A stretch of DNA of 64,000 nucleotides from Octopus vulgaris (GCA_951406725.2 OX597842.1:3410001-3474000), one strand, 5' to 3'. Shown: positions 12,663-28,330, numbered from the stretch's first letter. Translations and numbers: made by a program. The notes: generated by a model not told the origin, from the letters alone.

Positions 12663-13303
12663 TGTATATATGTATATATATACGGAAATTCATGCGTGGC
12701 GTCAGGCATCCATTTCCAAGCAAGTTTTCCTTAACCTTTTTAACCTTCGTTCTCTAATTTCCTTTTTCTCCCCTTCACCGTTTCCTAGCTTCTCTCTCTC
12801 CCCTCTTTCTTTTTTTCTGTCTCTCGTTGCTCACACGTGACCATCGTCCAACTTTATTTTCCTCACGCGACCATCTTTGTTTTCCTGCAGAACGTCCAAA
12901 GGACTGGACGTCTTCTAACTCTTTCTTCTATCTTTTCTGTTTTCAAAGAAAATATTTCTCCAGCGTTCACTATTTTACTTTCGTTCTGGCCCTGACAACC
13001 CTTCATGTTTGTTTTCGTTCAGTTTCCTTGTATGTCTCCACTCTCCTGTTCTTGTTCCCATTTTTGACCCTCCATAAATCCAAAATTTCATTTTGGTATT
13101 TATGGGAGCAACTGTCTTCGAAGACTCATATTGTCATTGAAAGCTCGAAAAGAGGAGTAGATAGACAGTCGACAGCTGCTGAAGGGTTGTTCTTTGAGTT
13201 ACTTGTCCTGTTTTCCATTTTTCTCACGTTGTTTGTGTATTTAACTCATTTGTTTTCGTATTTCATGTTGTTTACTGTTGGTGACGTCCTGTACTCATAT
13301 ATG

Positions 13304-13386
<83 letters not shown>

Positions 13387-13457
13387 GCATATATTATTTA
13401 TTTCATATATATATGTGTGTACATGTATACGTATGTTTATATGTGTGTATGTATGCA

Positions 13458-13514
<57 letters not shown>

Positions 13515-14431
13515 TTATGTATGTATGCATGTATGTATATATATATATATATATGTATGTATCAAATATTCTTGTTGTATAAATGTACATATATAGAAGT
13601 GTTTGTTTTCATGTGCGTACGTAAATAGTAGCAAAGAAATAGGTGTGTATATGTGAGTCTCTATGCATGTGTGTGGTGCATAGATAAATATACATACATA
13701 TATATATATTTATGAACATATGCATACACACACACAAATATATATTTACATAAACATACACACATATACATGCATACTAATGTATATACACTCAGAAATG
13801 CATACATGTGTATATACATACGTATATGCATGTATGTATATAATGTATGTATATATATGTATGTATGTATGTACTAAATAACTAAACTACAAATTATACA
13901 ACACATTCCGTACCTTTCAGTGATCCATTCCTAATTGGTTTTTAGAGATAACGGTGGAGCGGGAGGAGTGCTGGGTGAGGGGCGTGATCTGTAGTAGAGT
14001 TGCTACTAGGTGTAGTGTGGGAGGTGATGGTGGTAGTGGAGGTAGTGACAGTGTGTAGAAGAAGTGGAACCTGCGGTAGTATTGTTGTTGTTATAGTTGG
14101 CGGTGGTGGTTGAGATTGTAGCCGTGACGGATTTCGTGGTGGCAGTGTTCATACTAGTGGTGGTAGTACTTCTAGTTATTGGTGATGGTGGTGGGAGTGA
14201 CAGTGGTGGTGGTGGTATTGTGTGGGTATAAGAACTGTTGAGTAATCTGGGGCTGTGGGGTACTTCCTAAGCTCATGGTTCCGGGTTCGGTCACACAGCA
14301 AACCTAACTTGGGCAAGTGTCTTCTGCTATACCCTTGTCCTGGGGTTGATTTCTTCGACTAAAAATTCCTTTAAGGCGGTGCTCCAGCATGACCGCAGTT
14401 GAATGTCTGAAATACGTAAAAGAATAAAAGA

Positions 14432-14502
<71 letters not shown>

Positions 14503-14640
14503 GATTTAAGAGAAATCTTTCAGAAGTAAGAAGGCGAAATAAAACGTTGTTTGCGTTACGGCTTCAGAAGTCATCGGCGTTGTTTGTCAGTTTCTTCATT
14601 AAAGCCGATGCCAGAGCATGCAGCCATATGTATGTATGTA

Positions 14641-14764
14641 CGGTGGAACATTGGTTTACGAATGCCTCTCTTGAATTTCGTATTGGAAAAATAGTTTCGG
14701 CTTACGAACAGTTCCGGTAACGAACGGCCTTCAGTAACTAAATTTGTAAATTGAGGTTCCACTG
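14641..14764. mobile_element. pogo/Tigger-like MITE
   Basis: TIRs (ta)cggtggaacattggtttacgaat / atttgtaaattgaggttccactg resemble CAGTGGAACCTC..TTACGAA-type ends. Confidence 0.65.
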
Positions 14765-14770
14765 ACGATA

Positions 14771-14838
<68 letters not shown>

Positions 14839-14862
14839 CACATCTCATCCTTGTTTTAAATA

Positions 14863-15326
<464 letters not shown>

Positions 15327-15339
15327 AATATTTCATAGC

Positions 15340-15781
15340 ATTTACTTGCTACAGTCATTTGACCACCGGTCATGCTGGGGCACCAACTTGAAGGGTTTTT
15401 AGTCAAACAAATCGACCCCAGAACAAAATTCTTTCAAGCTTAGTACTTAATCTATCAGTTTATTTCGACGAACTGCTAGGTTACAAGGACGTAAACACGC
15501 CGGTTGTGAAGCGGTGGTGGGGATGTCAAATACAAACACGAAGACACACGCGCATATATATAATTATATGTGTATAAAATCCCTGGAGAAGGACATCATG
15601 ATCGAAATGGTCAGTGGCAAAAGAGGAAGAGTCCGACCAAGAACCCGCTGATTTGAGACCATCAAGAGTGATACCGGAATGGACATAGCCAATCTGAAAG
15701 AAGCGGCCCAGGATAGAACTGACTGGAGGACACTGATCCATCGAGTAACCGAGAGTCGACTTCGATGAGCGGATAAGAGAG

Positions 15782-15843
<62 letters not shown>

Positions 15844-15988
15844 GACAAGGTCCTTTGTGTTTCCGCCAACCAAATTCACACCGCTTTGGTCGGCCCAAAG
15901 CTGTAGTAGAAGACACGCAGTGGGACTGAACCCAGAACTACGTGGTTGGGAAGCAAGATTTTTTTTATCACACAGCCACTCCTGCGCC
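15340..15988 (-). mobile_element. SINE family A interrupted by an RTE fragment
   Basis: Tail at 15340-15545 and head at 15842-15988, with the RTE in the internal microsatellite. Confidence 0.8.
15580..15783 (+). mobile_element. RTE-BovB-like LINE 3' end (pseudogene)
   Basis: Translates [61 protein letters not shown], matching the BovB/RTE C-terminus pattern SLEK..G.R.RGR...RW...DR..WR..VH.V..SR. Confidence 0.85.
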
Positions 15989-16018
15989 TGTGTATAAGTA
16001 TGTATGTATGTACGTTCG

Positions 16019-16052
<34 letters not shown>

Positions 16053-16201
16053 TGTATGTATGTATGTATGTATGTATGTATGTTTGTATGTATATATATA
16101 TATATATATATATGGGTTCTAGTAGCTTATCAACTAGAGCACTCAAACCACATACCTCTTAGCTTAGATCACCAGTGACCTAAGCACTTCCTCTTCTAAA
16201 C

Positions 16202-16240
<39 letters not shown>

Positions 16241-16290
16241 GAAGGTTGTTAGCGTAAATTTCCAATTTCCTGTTTTGTTATATATATGTT

Positions 16291-16445
<155 letters not shown>

Positions 16446-16655
16446 GCATACACATACATAGATACACATATTTGCATATTCATGCATATATGTATATATA
16501 CATATTCGAATATAAATATATATTTATACATACATATATATATATATATATATACATATATATATAAATGAATGTATATATATATATATAAAGTGTATGT
16601 ATATATATATAAATGTATGTATATATATAAATATATACATATATGTATATATATG

Positions 16656-16715
<60 letters not shown>

Positions 16716-16892
16716 TATGTATATATATATAATTATATTAACACGTGTACACACATAAATGTATGTGCTTGAGTGTTTATATATACATTATATACATATA
16801 CCCAAGCACACATCCATCGCATCATACATCCCAAGTACGAAATTACATTTTCATACCTACACACACATACACACACACAGCTAAGCACAAGC

Positions 16893-16974
<82 letters not shown>

Positions 16975-17199
16975 GTTTGTTCGGTGGCGATGGCGGTGGT
17001 CAGGCTTCAATAAAAGGGCGTGTTTAAAATATGAGTCTATATATCTTGGATTTAAAAGCAATCTTTCCATGCTAGGAAGACAAAATAAAGTGTTGTTTGC
17101 GTTACGGCTTCCGAAATCTTCGGCGCTGCTTGGCAGTTTCCTCATTAGCGCCGATGCCAGCGCATGGATATATATGCATTAACGTATACATATATATAT

Positions 17200-17258
<59 letters not shown>

Positions 17259-17516
17259 ATATGGTGTGTATACAGCAGACGGTTTCCGTGAACAGAAGAA
17301 AAATGAGAATCGGTGGCTTGTATATTAACTATATGTATGCATATGTGTTTCTATACCTGTATATATATATATATATACATGTGTGTGTGTGTGTGTGTAT
17401 GTATGTATGCGCAAGCATATATACACTGATCTTCTCTGATGTATTTATCCAACTATCGTTCTCTTCGTCTCTAACTTAATTTCATCTGCTTTGCCCATAA
17501 CTATATCTATCAATCA

Positions 17517-17563
<47 letters not shown>

Positions 17564-18229
17564 CATATATATACATGCATACACGTACTAACATACACAC
17601 ATACATACTAACATACACACATATATACGTACATACATATACATGCATACAAGCATGTATATCTATACGTGGTTCCAATAATAATCGCAAGTAAATATAC
17701 GAACCTTCTCATATGCACACAAGCACACAAGCACACACACACATACACATTTAAGGACACACATACACATTTAAGGACACACACACACAACATACATGCG
17801 CACACGCGCAAACCCAACTCCGACACCGACACATCCATACACACCGAACATACGCATGCGCCTCGATACTACAAAATAACTGTCTAACTAACATGACACT
17901 ATCTCTGTTTTATTTATTCAACAAACAAGCCACAATCTCCATGTTTGTACAAACTCCATTAGATCTACGGACTGTGGAGATTCTTAGGCCGACATAACGC
18001 TCTTATCTCGCTCGTCTTTACTTTCCGTCTTCCGCCATTGTTAAAGAAGACGACATGAAAAAAAAAGTCAATTTTCTGCTTCCGGTTGGCGTTCCTATGT
18101 TTCGAGACTGCGCGTGTACTAGTACATAGTACTATGTGGTTACCATTGCTGCTGCTTCTACTCGTATAACAACAACAACAACCACTACTCCTACTACTAA
18201 TGCTGTTACTACTACTGCTGCTGCTACTG

Positions 18230-18265
<36 letters not shown>

Positions 18266-18779
18266 ATACTACTACTACCACCACCGCCGCTGTAGTTATT
18301 CATAGTACAAGAACAACAGTAACTACCACTGCTGATATTACTACAACTATCATTAACCCCACCACCACCACTACCACCACTGCTACTACTATTACTACCG
18401 TGGCTATTGCTAGTACAAAGCGACAACTACCTCTACTGATCTTACTATATGTATCCTTACCCCCCACTTCCGTCAGTACTACTAACACTACTACTACTAC
18501 TAGGTCTACTACTACTACTATGACTACTACTACTACTACTACTAGGTCTACTACTACTACTACTACTACAACTACTACTACTACTACTACTACACCTGAA
18601 GCAAGTAATCCTTATATGTCACACATGAAACAGTGAAGAGATACGTTTCTATTCTACGTGCATATTTTACATCCACACGTTAAACACATATATACATGAT
18701 AGAGAGGGAATACGGAGATATTTATGGATAGAATTTCAAGAGAAATCCTCTTGCTTCCAAACGCAACATTGGCTTCAAA

Positions 18780-18978
18780 TTTTGGCAGCAAGTTGGAGGA
18801 AGGGATTAAGTCGATTACATCGATCCCCAGGGCTTGACTGCTGCTTATTTTATCGACACCGAGAGAATAAAAAGCAAAGTCGACCTTGATGAAATTTTAA
18901 CTCAGAACGTTAAGATGGTGGAAATGTCGCTGAGCACTTTGCCCGGACTGCTAACCATTCTGCCAGCGCTCTGCCTTA
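18780..18978 (-). mobile_element. SINE family B, degenerate
   Basis: gattaagtcgattacatcga...aaagtcgacc...actcagaacgt. Confidence 0.75.
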
Positions 18979-19692
18979 CCTCAAAACGTCATATTAAAAC
19001 CCATCAGAATATATTTCTTTTATTATTTTATTCTTTTACTTGTTTCAATCATCTCACCGCGGCCATGTTGCAGCTCCCCCTTAAAGGGTTTTTTAATCGA
19101 AGAAATCACCCCTAGGACTTATTCTTTGAAAGCCTAGTACCGCTAAGTTACGGGGTGTAACTCGAATATGAGTCCACTGCAGCTGTTATCAGAAACAGCT
19201 GTAAGGTAATGAGGTTTATACGCTAATCACTTATTCCTTTGTCATCTTATTTTCTTATTACCGCTCTGTACTCGACTCACACTTCGTTCTGAAGAATATA
19301 TATATTGAGTTCTACACCAACTTATTTAGTCTCACAGTATATCTAAGCGAAATATTAAAGCACACGCAAATACACACACACAAACAAACATACATACACA
19401 CACACACACATATATATATGAAGATATGCACGTTTGCACATATATGTACATGTGTGTGATTTTATTAACGTCAGCGTGCACAAGCATGTGTGTGCATGTG
19501 TGTGTATGTATGCGTGTATGTGCGCGCGCGTTGCGTGCTTGCGTGCGTGCGCGCGTTTTACCAAGTCCCTGGTTACCAATTATACAACGCTACCTGAAAC
19601 TCCATATTGTTTTGTTTATTTTAGTGTCAGTTATGTTTATGTAATGCGAGAATAATACGCACATATATATACACATATATATATATACATAC

Positions 19693-19725
<33 letters not shown>

Positions 19726-19786
19726 CATATATATATATACATATATATATATATGTATACATATATATATACATATATATACATAT

Positions 19787-19869
<83 letters not shown>

Positions 19870-20159
19870 TATGTATGTATGTGAACGCATGGATGGATGA
19901 ATGTATATGGGGATGTGTGGGGGAGACGGGAATGGAGACACAGAAAGGTAAACAAAGAGATAGTGAAGTAGAAAGACAAATGGATATATAAATACATAAA
20001 GTATATATATACATATGCACACAAATATATGTAGATATATATATATACATACACAGCAAAATATAAATACGAATAAAGAGAAAGGTATTCAATCGAGAAA
20101 GACATACACGCATACATACATATATGTATATCCGTACACGTACTTTATTTCGTGTGCGC

Positions 20160-20212
<53 letters not shown>

Positions 20213-20264
20213 CACAGAATCAATTTAATATATATACAAATATAGATATGTACAGACCAACATA

Positions 20265-20317
<53 letters not shown>

Positions 20318-20654
20318 TATATATATATAACGTGTGTGTACATAACTTATATATTTATCTGTTTAATGAATTATAAATGTTTATATATTTACATATATAC
20401 ATATATATATGTATATATATATATGTATATATATATACATATATATGTATATATGTATATATATATATGCACATACACATACACACACATATATATATGT
20501 ATATATACACACATATACAGAAATATATATATATATTTATGTATGTATACGTAGTGGTATGCGAATATGAATATATATTTATAGACACTTCGAAACTGTA
20601 CGCAATATCGTCATCGCTTACCAATATAACTAAAGCACCACACAATCCTTCTCT

Positions 20655-20686
<32 letters not shown>

Positions 20687-20814
20687 GGGGCACACACTTA
20701 ACCGCCACCTACCGTCAAAATCAACAACGATTATCAACAGCGAAATCTTTTCGACATTGCCGTGCTGGAATCTTTTTTACCTTGGAGTCCCACCATGAAA
20801 ACAATCATTGGGAA

Positions 20815-21580
20815 CCCCGCCTCCACCACCGTCACCACCGTCACAACCGCGGCCACCACCCTCACCACCATCCTTAATACTTCAGCAATTGCAACGGCCA
20901 CCATCATCACCGCCATTATTACTACTAACGTTGCCAGCATCCTCAATACCGGCTCTCAACATCACCACCACAGCCACCATCATCCTCACCATAGCGACTT
21001 ACACTAACAGCACCACCATCACCCCAACCACCACCACCAATACTACCCAACACCACCAACACCAGCAGCAGCAGCAGCACCACCACCACCACCACCATCA
21101 CACAATCCCACCACTACCACCACCACCACCACTACCACCACCACTAACACCACTACCACTAACACCACCAACACCAACACCACCAACACCACTACCACCA
21201 CCACCAACACCACCACCACCACTACCACCACCACCACCACCACCACCACCACCATCACCACAACCACCACCACCACCATCACCACAACCACTACCACCAC
21301 TACCACCACTACCACCACCACCACCACCACTACTACCACCACCACCACCACCACCACCACCACCACCGTCATCATTAATGCTATTCCCGTCGTCGTCGTC
21401 CTCATCATCGACATTATCATTGTTATTACTTTCATCATCAAAACCGTCGACATTCTTATCATCAACGCCAGCCACTTCCTCCTCCCCTACTTCCTCTTTT
21501 TCTTCCTTTTCCTCCCATATCTTCATCATCATCATCGTCGTTCTCGTCATCGTCGTCGTCATCGTCATCGTAGTTGTCCT
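20815..21580. repeat. (CCA)n/(CAT)n triplet tract
   Basis: Visible low complexity. Confidence 0.95.
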
Positions 21581-21672
21581 CATCAGAATGTTACTCTGTT
21601 ATTACAGGGATCAGAAGGAAAACAATTATTTCTAGTTTCTAAGGCACCGAAGAAAGAGATTGCTCTATCAAT

Positions 21673-21813
<141 letters not shown>

Positions 21814-21957
21814 CTCTCGACTCTCTCTTCCTCATTCTTTCTTTTGTTCTTTTTTCTCCCTACACACACACACTGACATTCCATCGGTACGACGACGAGT
21901 TTTGCAGTTGATCCGATGAATAGAACAGCCTGTTCATGAAATTAATGTGCAACTATA

Positions 21958-22144
21958 GGCATAGGAGTGGCTGTGGGGTAAGTAGCTTGCTTACCAACCA
22001 CATGGTTCTGGGTTCAGTCCTACTGCGTGGCACCTTGGGCAAGTGTCTTTTACTATAGCCTCGGGCCTTATGAGTGGATTTGGTAGACGGAAACTGAAAG
22101 AAGCCCGTCGTATATATGTATATGTATGTGTGTATTTGTGCATT

Positions 22145-22181
<37 letters not shown>

Positions 22182-22420
22182 ATGTGTGTGTGTGTGTGGG
22201 TGTGGGTGTATGTATGTGTGTGTGTATATGTGTGTCTGTGTTTGTCCCCCTAGCGTTGATTGACAACCGATGCTGGTGTGTTTACGTCCCCATAACTTAG
22301 CGGTTCTTCAAAAGAAACCGATAGAATAATTAATAGGCTTTTCCCGGGGTCGATTTGCTCGACTAAAGGCGGTGCTCCATCATGGCCGCAGTCAAATGAC
22401 TGAAACAAGTAAAAGAGAGT
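21958..22420 (+). mobile_element. SINE family A
   Basis: Head, internal TA/TG tract and tail. Confidence 0.9.
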
Positions 22421-22830
22421 AACTAGTTGAGTACTCCACCGTCGCTTGTACCCTTAGCATATTTTTCAGAGAGTTTCAGCGTGACACAGAATGTGATAAG
22501 ACTGGCCCTTTTAATTACAGGTACAACATAATTTTGCCAGGTAAGTGGACTGGCTCAACGGGAAATGAAATGCCTTGCTCAAGAACACTGGCATTCTGTT
22601 GATTATGACGACGAGGGTTCCGGTTGATCCAATCAATGGAACAGCCTACTGGTGAATTTAATGTGTAAGTGACTGAGTACTCCACAGACACGTGTGCCCT
22701 TAATGTAGTTCTCAGGGAGATTCAGCGTGACACAGAATGTGACAAGGCTGACCCTTTGGTTACAACCCATTTTTGCTTGTTGAATGAACTGGAGAAACGC
22801 GAAATAAAGTGTCTTGCTCAGGGCACAACA
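22420..22830 (-). mobile_element. SINE family D, two tandem partial copies (others at about 21875-21955, 35030-35265, 47635-47820 and 56175-56400)
   Basis: Shared gagtactccac..ttcagcgtgacacagaatgtga..aaataaagtgtcttgctca. The minus strand has a CORE-like tgagcaagacacttt. Confidence 0.75.
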
Positions 22831-23633
22831 TTGAGCATGCTTTGACAAACTTACGGTGAGGAGGCAATGGGTCGCACTCAATGTTCCGACTGGCACGAGC
22901 CCTTCAAAAGTGGAACAACACCGTTGGGAGACGATGTGTGATCTGGAAGACCTGCTACGAGCGTCACCCCCGGAAATGGGGTATTGTACATGGAGAATTC
23001 GTTCCTCGAGAGTTCTACTGCGGTATTTTGAAGCGTCTGAGAGAGGACATTCAGCGAAAGCAACCGGATCTGTGGAGCACGAATTCTTCACGATGGATTC
23101 TTCACGATGGATTCTTCGCGATGGATTCTTCGCGATGGATTCTTCGCGATGAATTCTTCGCGATGGATTTTTCACAATGGATTCTTCACGATGGATTTTT
23201 CACGATGGATTCTTCACGATGGATTCTTCACAATGGATTCTTCACGATGGATTTTTCATGATGGATTCTTCACGATGACAATGCACCCTGTCAGCGATCT
23301 CTCCTTAGTCGCCAGTTTCTCACCAAATATAACATGGCATCGCTTCAGGACCCGCCCTATACGCCAGATTTAGCACCTGCGAACTTCCATCTCTTCCGCA
23401 AGATGAAAATGCAGCTCAAAGGTCGACGTTTTAATACGGTTGTCGAGATCCAGAGCAAATTGCAGAAGGTCCTCAACTTGACTTCCAGGCCGGATTCCAA
23501 AAGTGGCAGGAATGCCGGGACCAGTGTAATGCTGCGCAAGGTGATTATTTCGAAGGAGATGATGTAAAAACTTAAGTAAATAAGTTATCTTGTATAAACA
23601 TATAGTCCATGAACTTTTTTATACCTCCTCATA
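22830..23633 (+). mobile_element. Decayed mariner (DD34D) transposon
   Basis: Fragments QTYGEEAMGRTQC..WH..FKSG..DD.*SGRPATS, GIVHGEFVP..YCGILKRLRE, HDDNAP, PPYTPDLAPANFHLF.KMK..LKGRRF and C....GDYFE, then a TIR-like end and TA. Confidence 0.92.
23083..23277. repeat. 14-bp minisatellite (attcttcacgatgg) x about 14 inside the mariner
   Basis: Visible tandem array. Confidence 0.95.
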
Positions 23634-23880
23634 TGTATATATTTGTGTGTGTGTGTGAGTACATACATATACCTGTATACGTATATACTTGTATGTATAT
23701 ATGTATATACCCATGTGTATATATATATGTATATACATATGTGTATGTATACATATATATATGTACATATACGTTCATGTTTATATATGTGTGTGTGTCT
23801 GTGTTTGTGTGTATGTATGTATGCATGTATACACACATATACATATGTCTTTATATTATATATATATATATAATATAAAG

Positions 23881-23929
<49 letters not shown>

Positions 23930-24193
23930 TCAGACACAGACTGATTTTCGTACGTATTCACAAACACATGCACACGCTCGCGCACAAACGCATATGTATA
24001 TATACATACATGCACATACATATATACACGCTCCCACATGTCAATATTCACTTAGCACTTCATACTCGAGTTTCAGTTTCAAGATAAAAAAATGGTAAAT
24101 TTTCTTCTAAGCTGAAAGACGATTCCAAAAAAATAATTCGTCTTCCCTTCCTCTTTCTATTTTTTTATTTTTAACATCATTTATATTTATTTA

Positions 24194-24350
<157 letters not shown>

Positions 24351-24784
24351 TGTAGTAGTGCCCTCATTTCTCCACTCCTCTCTTCAAATTCCCTTTCATT
24401 GTCATCTTAACCAACTCGGAGATAAAAAACAATTCTAAGTATACTTGTATTTTTAACAAAGATTTGCGTTGTTTCAGCTTGGGCCTGCTGTGCTGTATCT
24501 ATACAAACTGTAGAGCTTGATCTCCTGTACACTTCTCATTCGCTGACAAAGTGCAAACACCCGAAACGTCATATTCGTCACCTTCCACGAAATCAACTTC
24601 TGTTGAGAATCTACTAAAGACTAATGATGGTAAGACAGTGCTGGAGTGGCGGCGTGAAGTGTATTACGTTTGCGGTCACTCGAAGAAAATCCATACACAT
24701 ACGTAAACGTATATACATGCACACTTAAAACACATGTACAAGAATGTGTATGTACATATGTGTGTACGCATATAAGCATATACA

Positions 24785-25382
24785 TTTATTTATTGCCCAC
24801 AGGGGACTAAACATAAAGGGTATAAACAAGGACAGACAAACGGATTAAGTCGATTACATCGACACCAGTGCGTAACTGGTACTTAATTTAATCGATCCCG
24901 AAAGGATGAAAGGCAAAGTCGACTTCGATGGGATTTGAACTCAGAACGTAACGGCAGATGAAATACCTATTTCGTTACTGCCCACAAGGGGCTAAACACA
25001 GAAGGGACAAACAAGGACAGACAAAGGGATTAAGTCGATTAAATCGACACCAGTGCGTAACTGGTACTTAATTTATTGACCCCGAAAGGATGAAAGGCAA
25101 AGTCGACCTCGACGGAATTTGAACTCAGAACGTAGCGGCAGACGAAATACCTATTTCATTACTACCCACAAGGGGCTAAACACAGATGGGACAAACAAGG
25201 ACAGACAAACGGATTAAGTCGATTATATCGACCCAAGTGCGTAACTGGTACTTATTTAATCGACTGTGAAAGGATGAAAGGCAAAGTTGACCTCGGCGGA
25301 ATTTGAACTCAGAACGTAACGGCAGACGAAATACCGCCACGCATTTCGCCCAGCGTGCTAACGTTTCTGCCAGCTCTCCGCC
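24785..25382 (-). mobile_element. SINE family B trimer (one head, three bodies, 184-bp period)
   Basis: Junction gaaatacctatttc at 24960 and 25144. Confidence 0.92.
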
Positions 25383-25439
25383 ATATGTGTATGTAACTAT
25401 GTATGTATATATGTATTTTCTTTCTCTTTTTAATTTAGA

Positions 25440-26125
25440 CTAAATTTTGACCAAACACCACCTACTTGGTAGTAAGGTCACGAAGGAAAGCATCCTGATT
25501 TAACCATCATCCTTTAAATCTTAAAAAGCTCTTGCAGATTTATACTGTCCCAAATCAAGGATTTGCATTTTCTCCCCAAGAACCAAGTTCAGCCATAATT
25601 TACTCCAGACAGGTTGCTACATATCATGCCATTAATAATTGGTATGAACCTGAAAGTGTATCCTGAGTACTGGATTAGCAAACTCCTTATCTCTGGTCCA
25701 TAGATGTCCTCTTTCTCTTGTATCTTTCTAACCACATTGGTGTCCAACGGGAAGCCGATTTCCATAGCAGAACCTATTTTTCCTTGTGCTCCCACATAAC
25801 AATATCTGACCGGTTGTTTTTAACTTGGTGGCTGTTTTAAATTTTAAATTCCACCAACATTTTTATGAATATGTATGTATATTTCTTTCCGTTTTTTTGT
25901 GTGTTTTTTTATTATTCAAGTTCTTCTTTTGGAGAAGGAGCTGGTTTCTAACAAAAATACAAAGTCCATCGTTCAAATGTAGACAATTGTTAAGTTCCAC
26001 CAATATTCTTTTGATCCTTGCATCTCAATATGACCAACTTCATCTGAAGGTGTTTTCTTTTTAGCTCTCCTTTCCCAGGCTGTTATGGCCAATGGATCAT
26101 GTCTCATGAGAAGATAATATGTATT
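25440..26125 (-). mobile_element. Decayed RLE-type (R4/Dong-like) non-LTR retrotransposon C-terminus
   Basis: Fragments YYLLMRHD, EYWWN, WWNLKFKTATK and EIGFPLDTNVVRKIQEKEDIY..FRFIPII fit the RHD / PD-(D/E)xK endonuclease region. Confidence 0.7.
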
Positions 26126-26179
26126 TTTTCTTCTTTTATTTGATTCAGTCGTTTGGCTGCAGCCATGCTGGAGCACCGA

Positions 26180-26580
26180 CTAATTCACCATCTCAGATGG
26201 AGAATTTTTTAAATGTCTAACAAATCTTCACTGTGCCACTAATCGATTAGATTTGCAGAATCCGCATCTGTTTCTTTTGCTCTTCTCCGTGAAATCGAGA
26301 ATCTCTAAGTTGTTGTGCAACTTTGTTGGTACATAAGCTATGGCACCAATGATGGGAGATACAAATGAGAATCCAGAGTCAGAGTCCAAGAAATCTAAAA
26401 TCTACATAAATTCTCCTCTGTTTAGTCTTTTGACTGAACATTCACATCCGCTGAGCAAGTAACCGCTACATCAGCGCATGACATTTGCTGTCTGTTCCAT
26501 AGGACAATACCAGGTCTGTTATGTTTGCACCGAATTGATTCTTTTATTAGGGTGTTCCACAAGTAATTCTTTTTAAAGGC
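26180..26580 (-). mobile_element. Second RLE-type LINE fragment
   Basis: YLWNTLIKESIRCKHNRPGIVLWNRQQMSC..V.VTCSADVN matches the HNRPD endonuclease motif. Confidence 0.7.
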
Positions 26581-27265
26581 AATGTATGTATGTATGTATG
26601 TATGTATGTATGTATGTATGTATGTATGTATGTATGTATGTATGTATGTATGTATGTATGTATGTATGTTTGTATGTATGTATGTACGTACGTATGTGTA
26701 TGTGTGTGTACGTATGTGTGTGTTTGTACTTGTGTTTGTCACCCACCGTTTGTGAACTGGTGTTGGTGTGTTTATGTCCCACTAACCTAGCCTTTTGGCC
26801 AAAGAATCCCACAGGGTAAAAACTTGGCTTTATAAAAAAAAAAAACTACCGACGTATGCATGTATGCATGTATGTATGTATGTGTGTATGCATGTACGTA
26901 TGTGTGTTTGTATGTATGTTAGTGAGTGCGTACAAGTGTCCTGGAAACAAAAGGAGAACACCAGATGTGTGACGAAGATGTGTGGTATTCATATTTGAAG
27001 TGTTACTAACAATATTTCTCAAGTTGTTTCATCTGGAGACGAGATGAAACGCCTTATCACTAACCCTCGAATTAAAGTTTTATATATATATATATATGTA
27101 TATGCATATATATATATATATGTATATACATATACATAGGAAACTGATAGTATACGTATGCGATCGACGTCAGATACATCGGCCTAAACCTGCAGGAGTA
27201 TACCTCCCTTGCAGGTTTGGCACCATGCGATCGTGACGTCGATCCACAGTAACCCCACCTGTCTA

Positions 27266-27363
<98 letters not shown>

Positions 27364-27925
27364 TGTATATGTATGTATTATGTATGTATGGGCGCAGACG
27401 TGGCTATGTGGTAAAAGGTTCAGTTCAACTGCGTGGCACCTAGGGCAAAATGCGCTAAGAGTTTTGCCCGACGCAATAACGATTCAACCAGTTCGCCACC
27501 AAGAATGAAGAAACAATACTACGAAATCTTCAGCTTATTCATACATTTAACACATTTCTCCAATCGTGACAGTTTAGCCATGGAACTATACGAACCACCT
27601 ATTTCCTCACAGATGCAGCGTTTATCTGTTCGCATGTGTATGACTTGTCGTTTGTATGCATCATTCAAACACCGACATAATGTTTGTATGCATCATTCAA
27701 ACACCGATACGATGTGCTGTGAACAAAACGTGCGTTAACTGTTCGCGAGTTGTTCATCGTTCACACGCAATCAATAACCCACCACAGCAACCACAGTAGT
27801 GAACCACCACAACAACTCGTGTCACTGTCAAAGTTCTGTAAGAAGGAGGGCAAAATTTGGTTGGTCACGTGATGTATAACGAGATCAATGCCTTCTCTAG
27901 CCCACAACCCCAAATAGACAAAACT

Positions 27926-28330
27926 TATTTCTTTACAACCCACAAGGGGCTAAACACAGAGAGGACAAACAAGGACAGACAAAGGAATTAAGTCGATTAC
28001 ATCGACCCCAGTGCGTAACTAGTACTTAATTTATCGACCCCCGAAAGGCAAAGTCAACCTCGGCAGAATTTGAACTCAGAACGTAACGGCAGATGAAATA
28101 CCTATTTCTTTACTACCCACAAGGGGCTAAACACAGAGAGGACAAACAAGGACAGACAAAGGGATTAAGTCGATTATATCGAAACCAGTGCGTAAATGGT
28201 ACTTATTTAATTGACCCCGAAAGGATGAAAGGCAAAGTCGACCTCGGCGGAATTTGATCTCAGAACGTAGCGGCTGACGAAATACCGCCAAGTATTTCAC
28301 CCGGCGTGCTAACGATTCTGCCAGCTCGCC
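27926..28330 (-). mobile_element. SINE family B dimer
   Basis: Junction gaaatacctatttc at 28095. Confidence 0.92.

Noticed and set aside
12690-13300. 251-aa ORF (12827-13582) or a possible further hammerhead near 13110-13180
   Set aside because: The ORF is pyrimidine-rich and runs into (TA)n, and the motif lacks a convincing core and stem II. Probably an unclassified repeat end.
23083-23277. CRISPR-like array
   Set aside because: Contiguous tandem units without unique spacers, inside a mariner in eukaryotic DNA.
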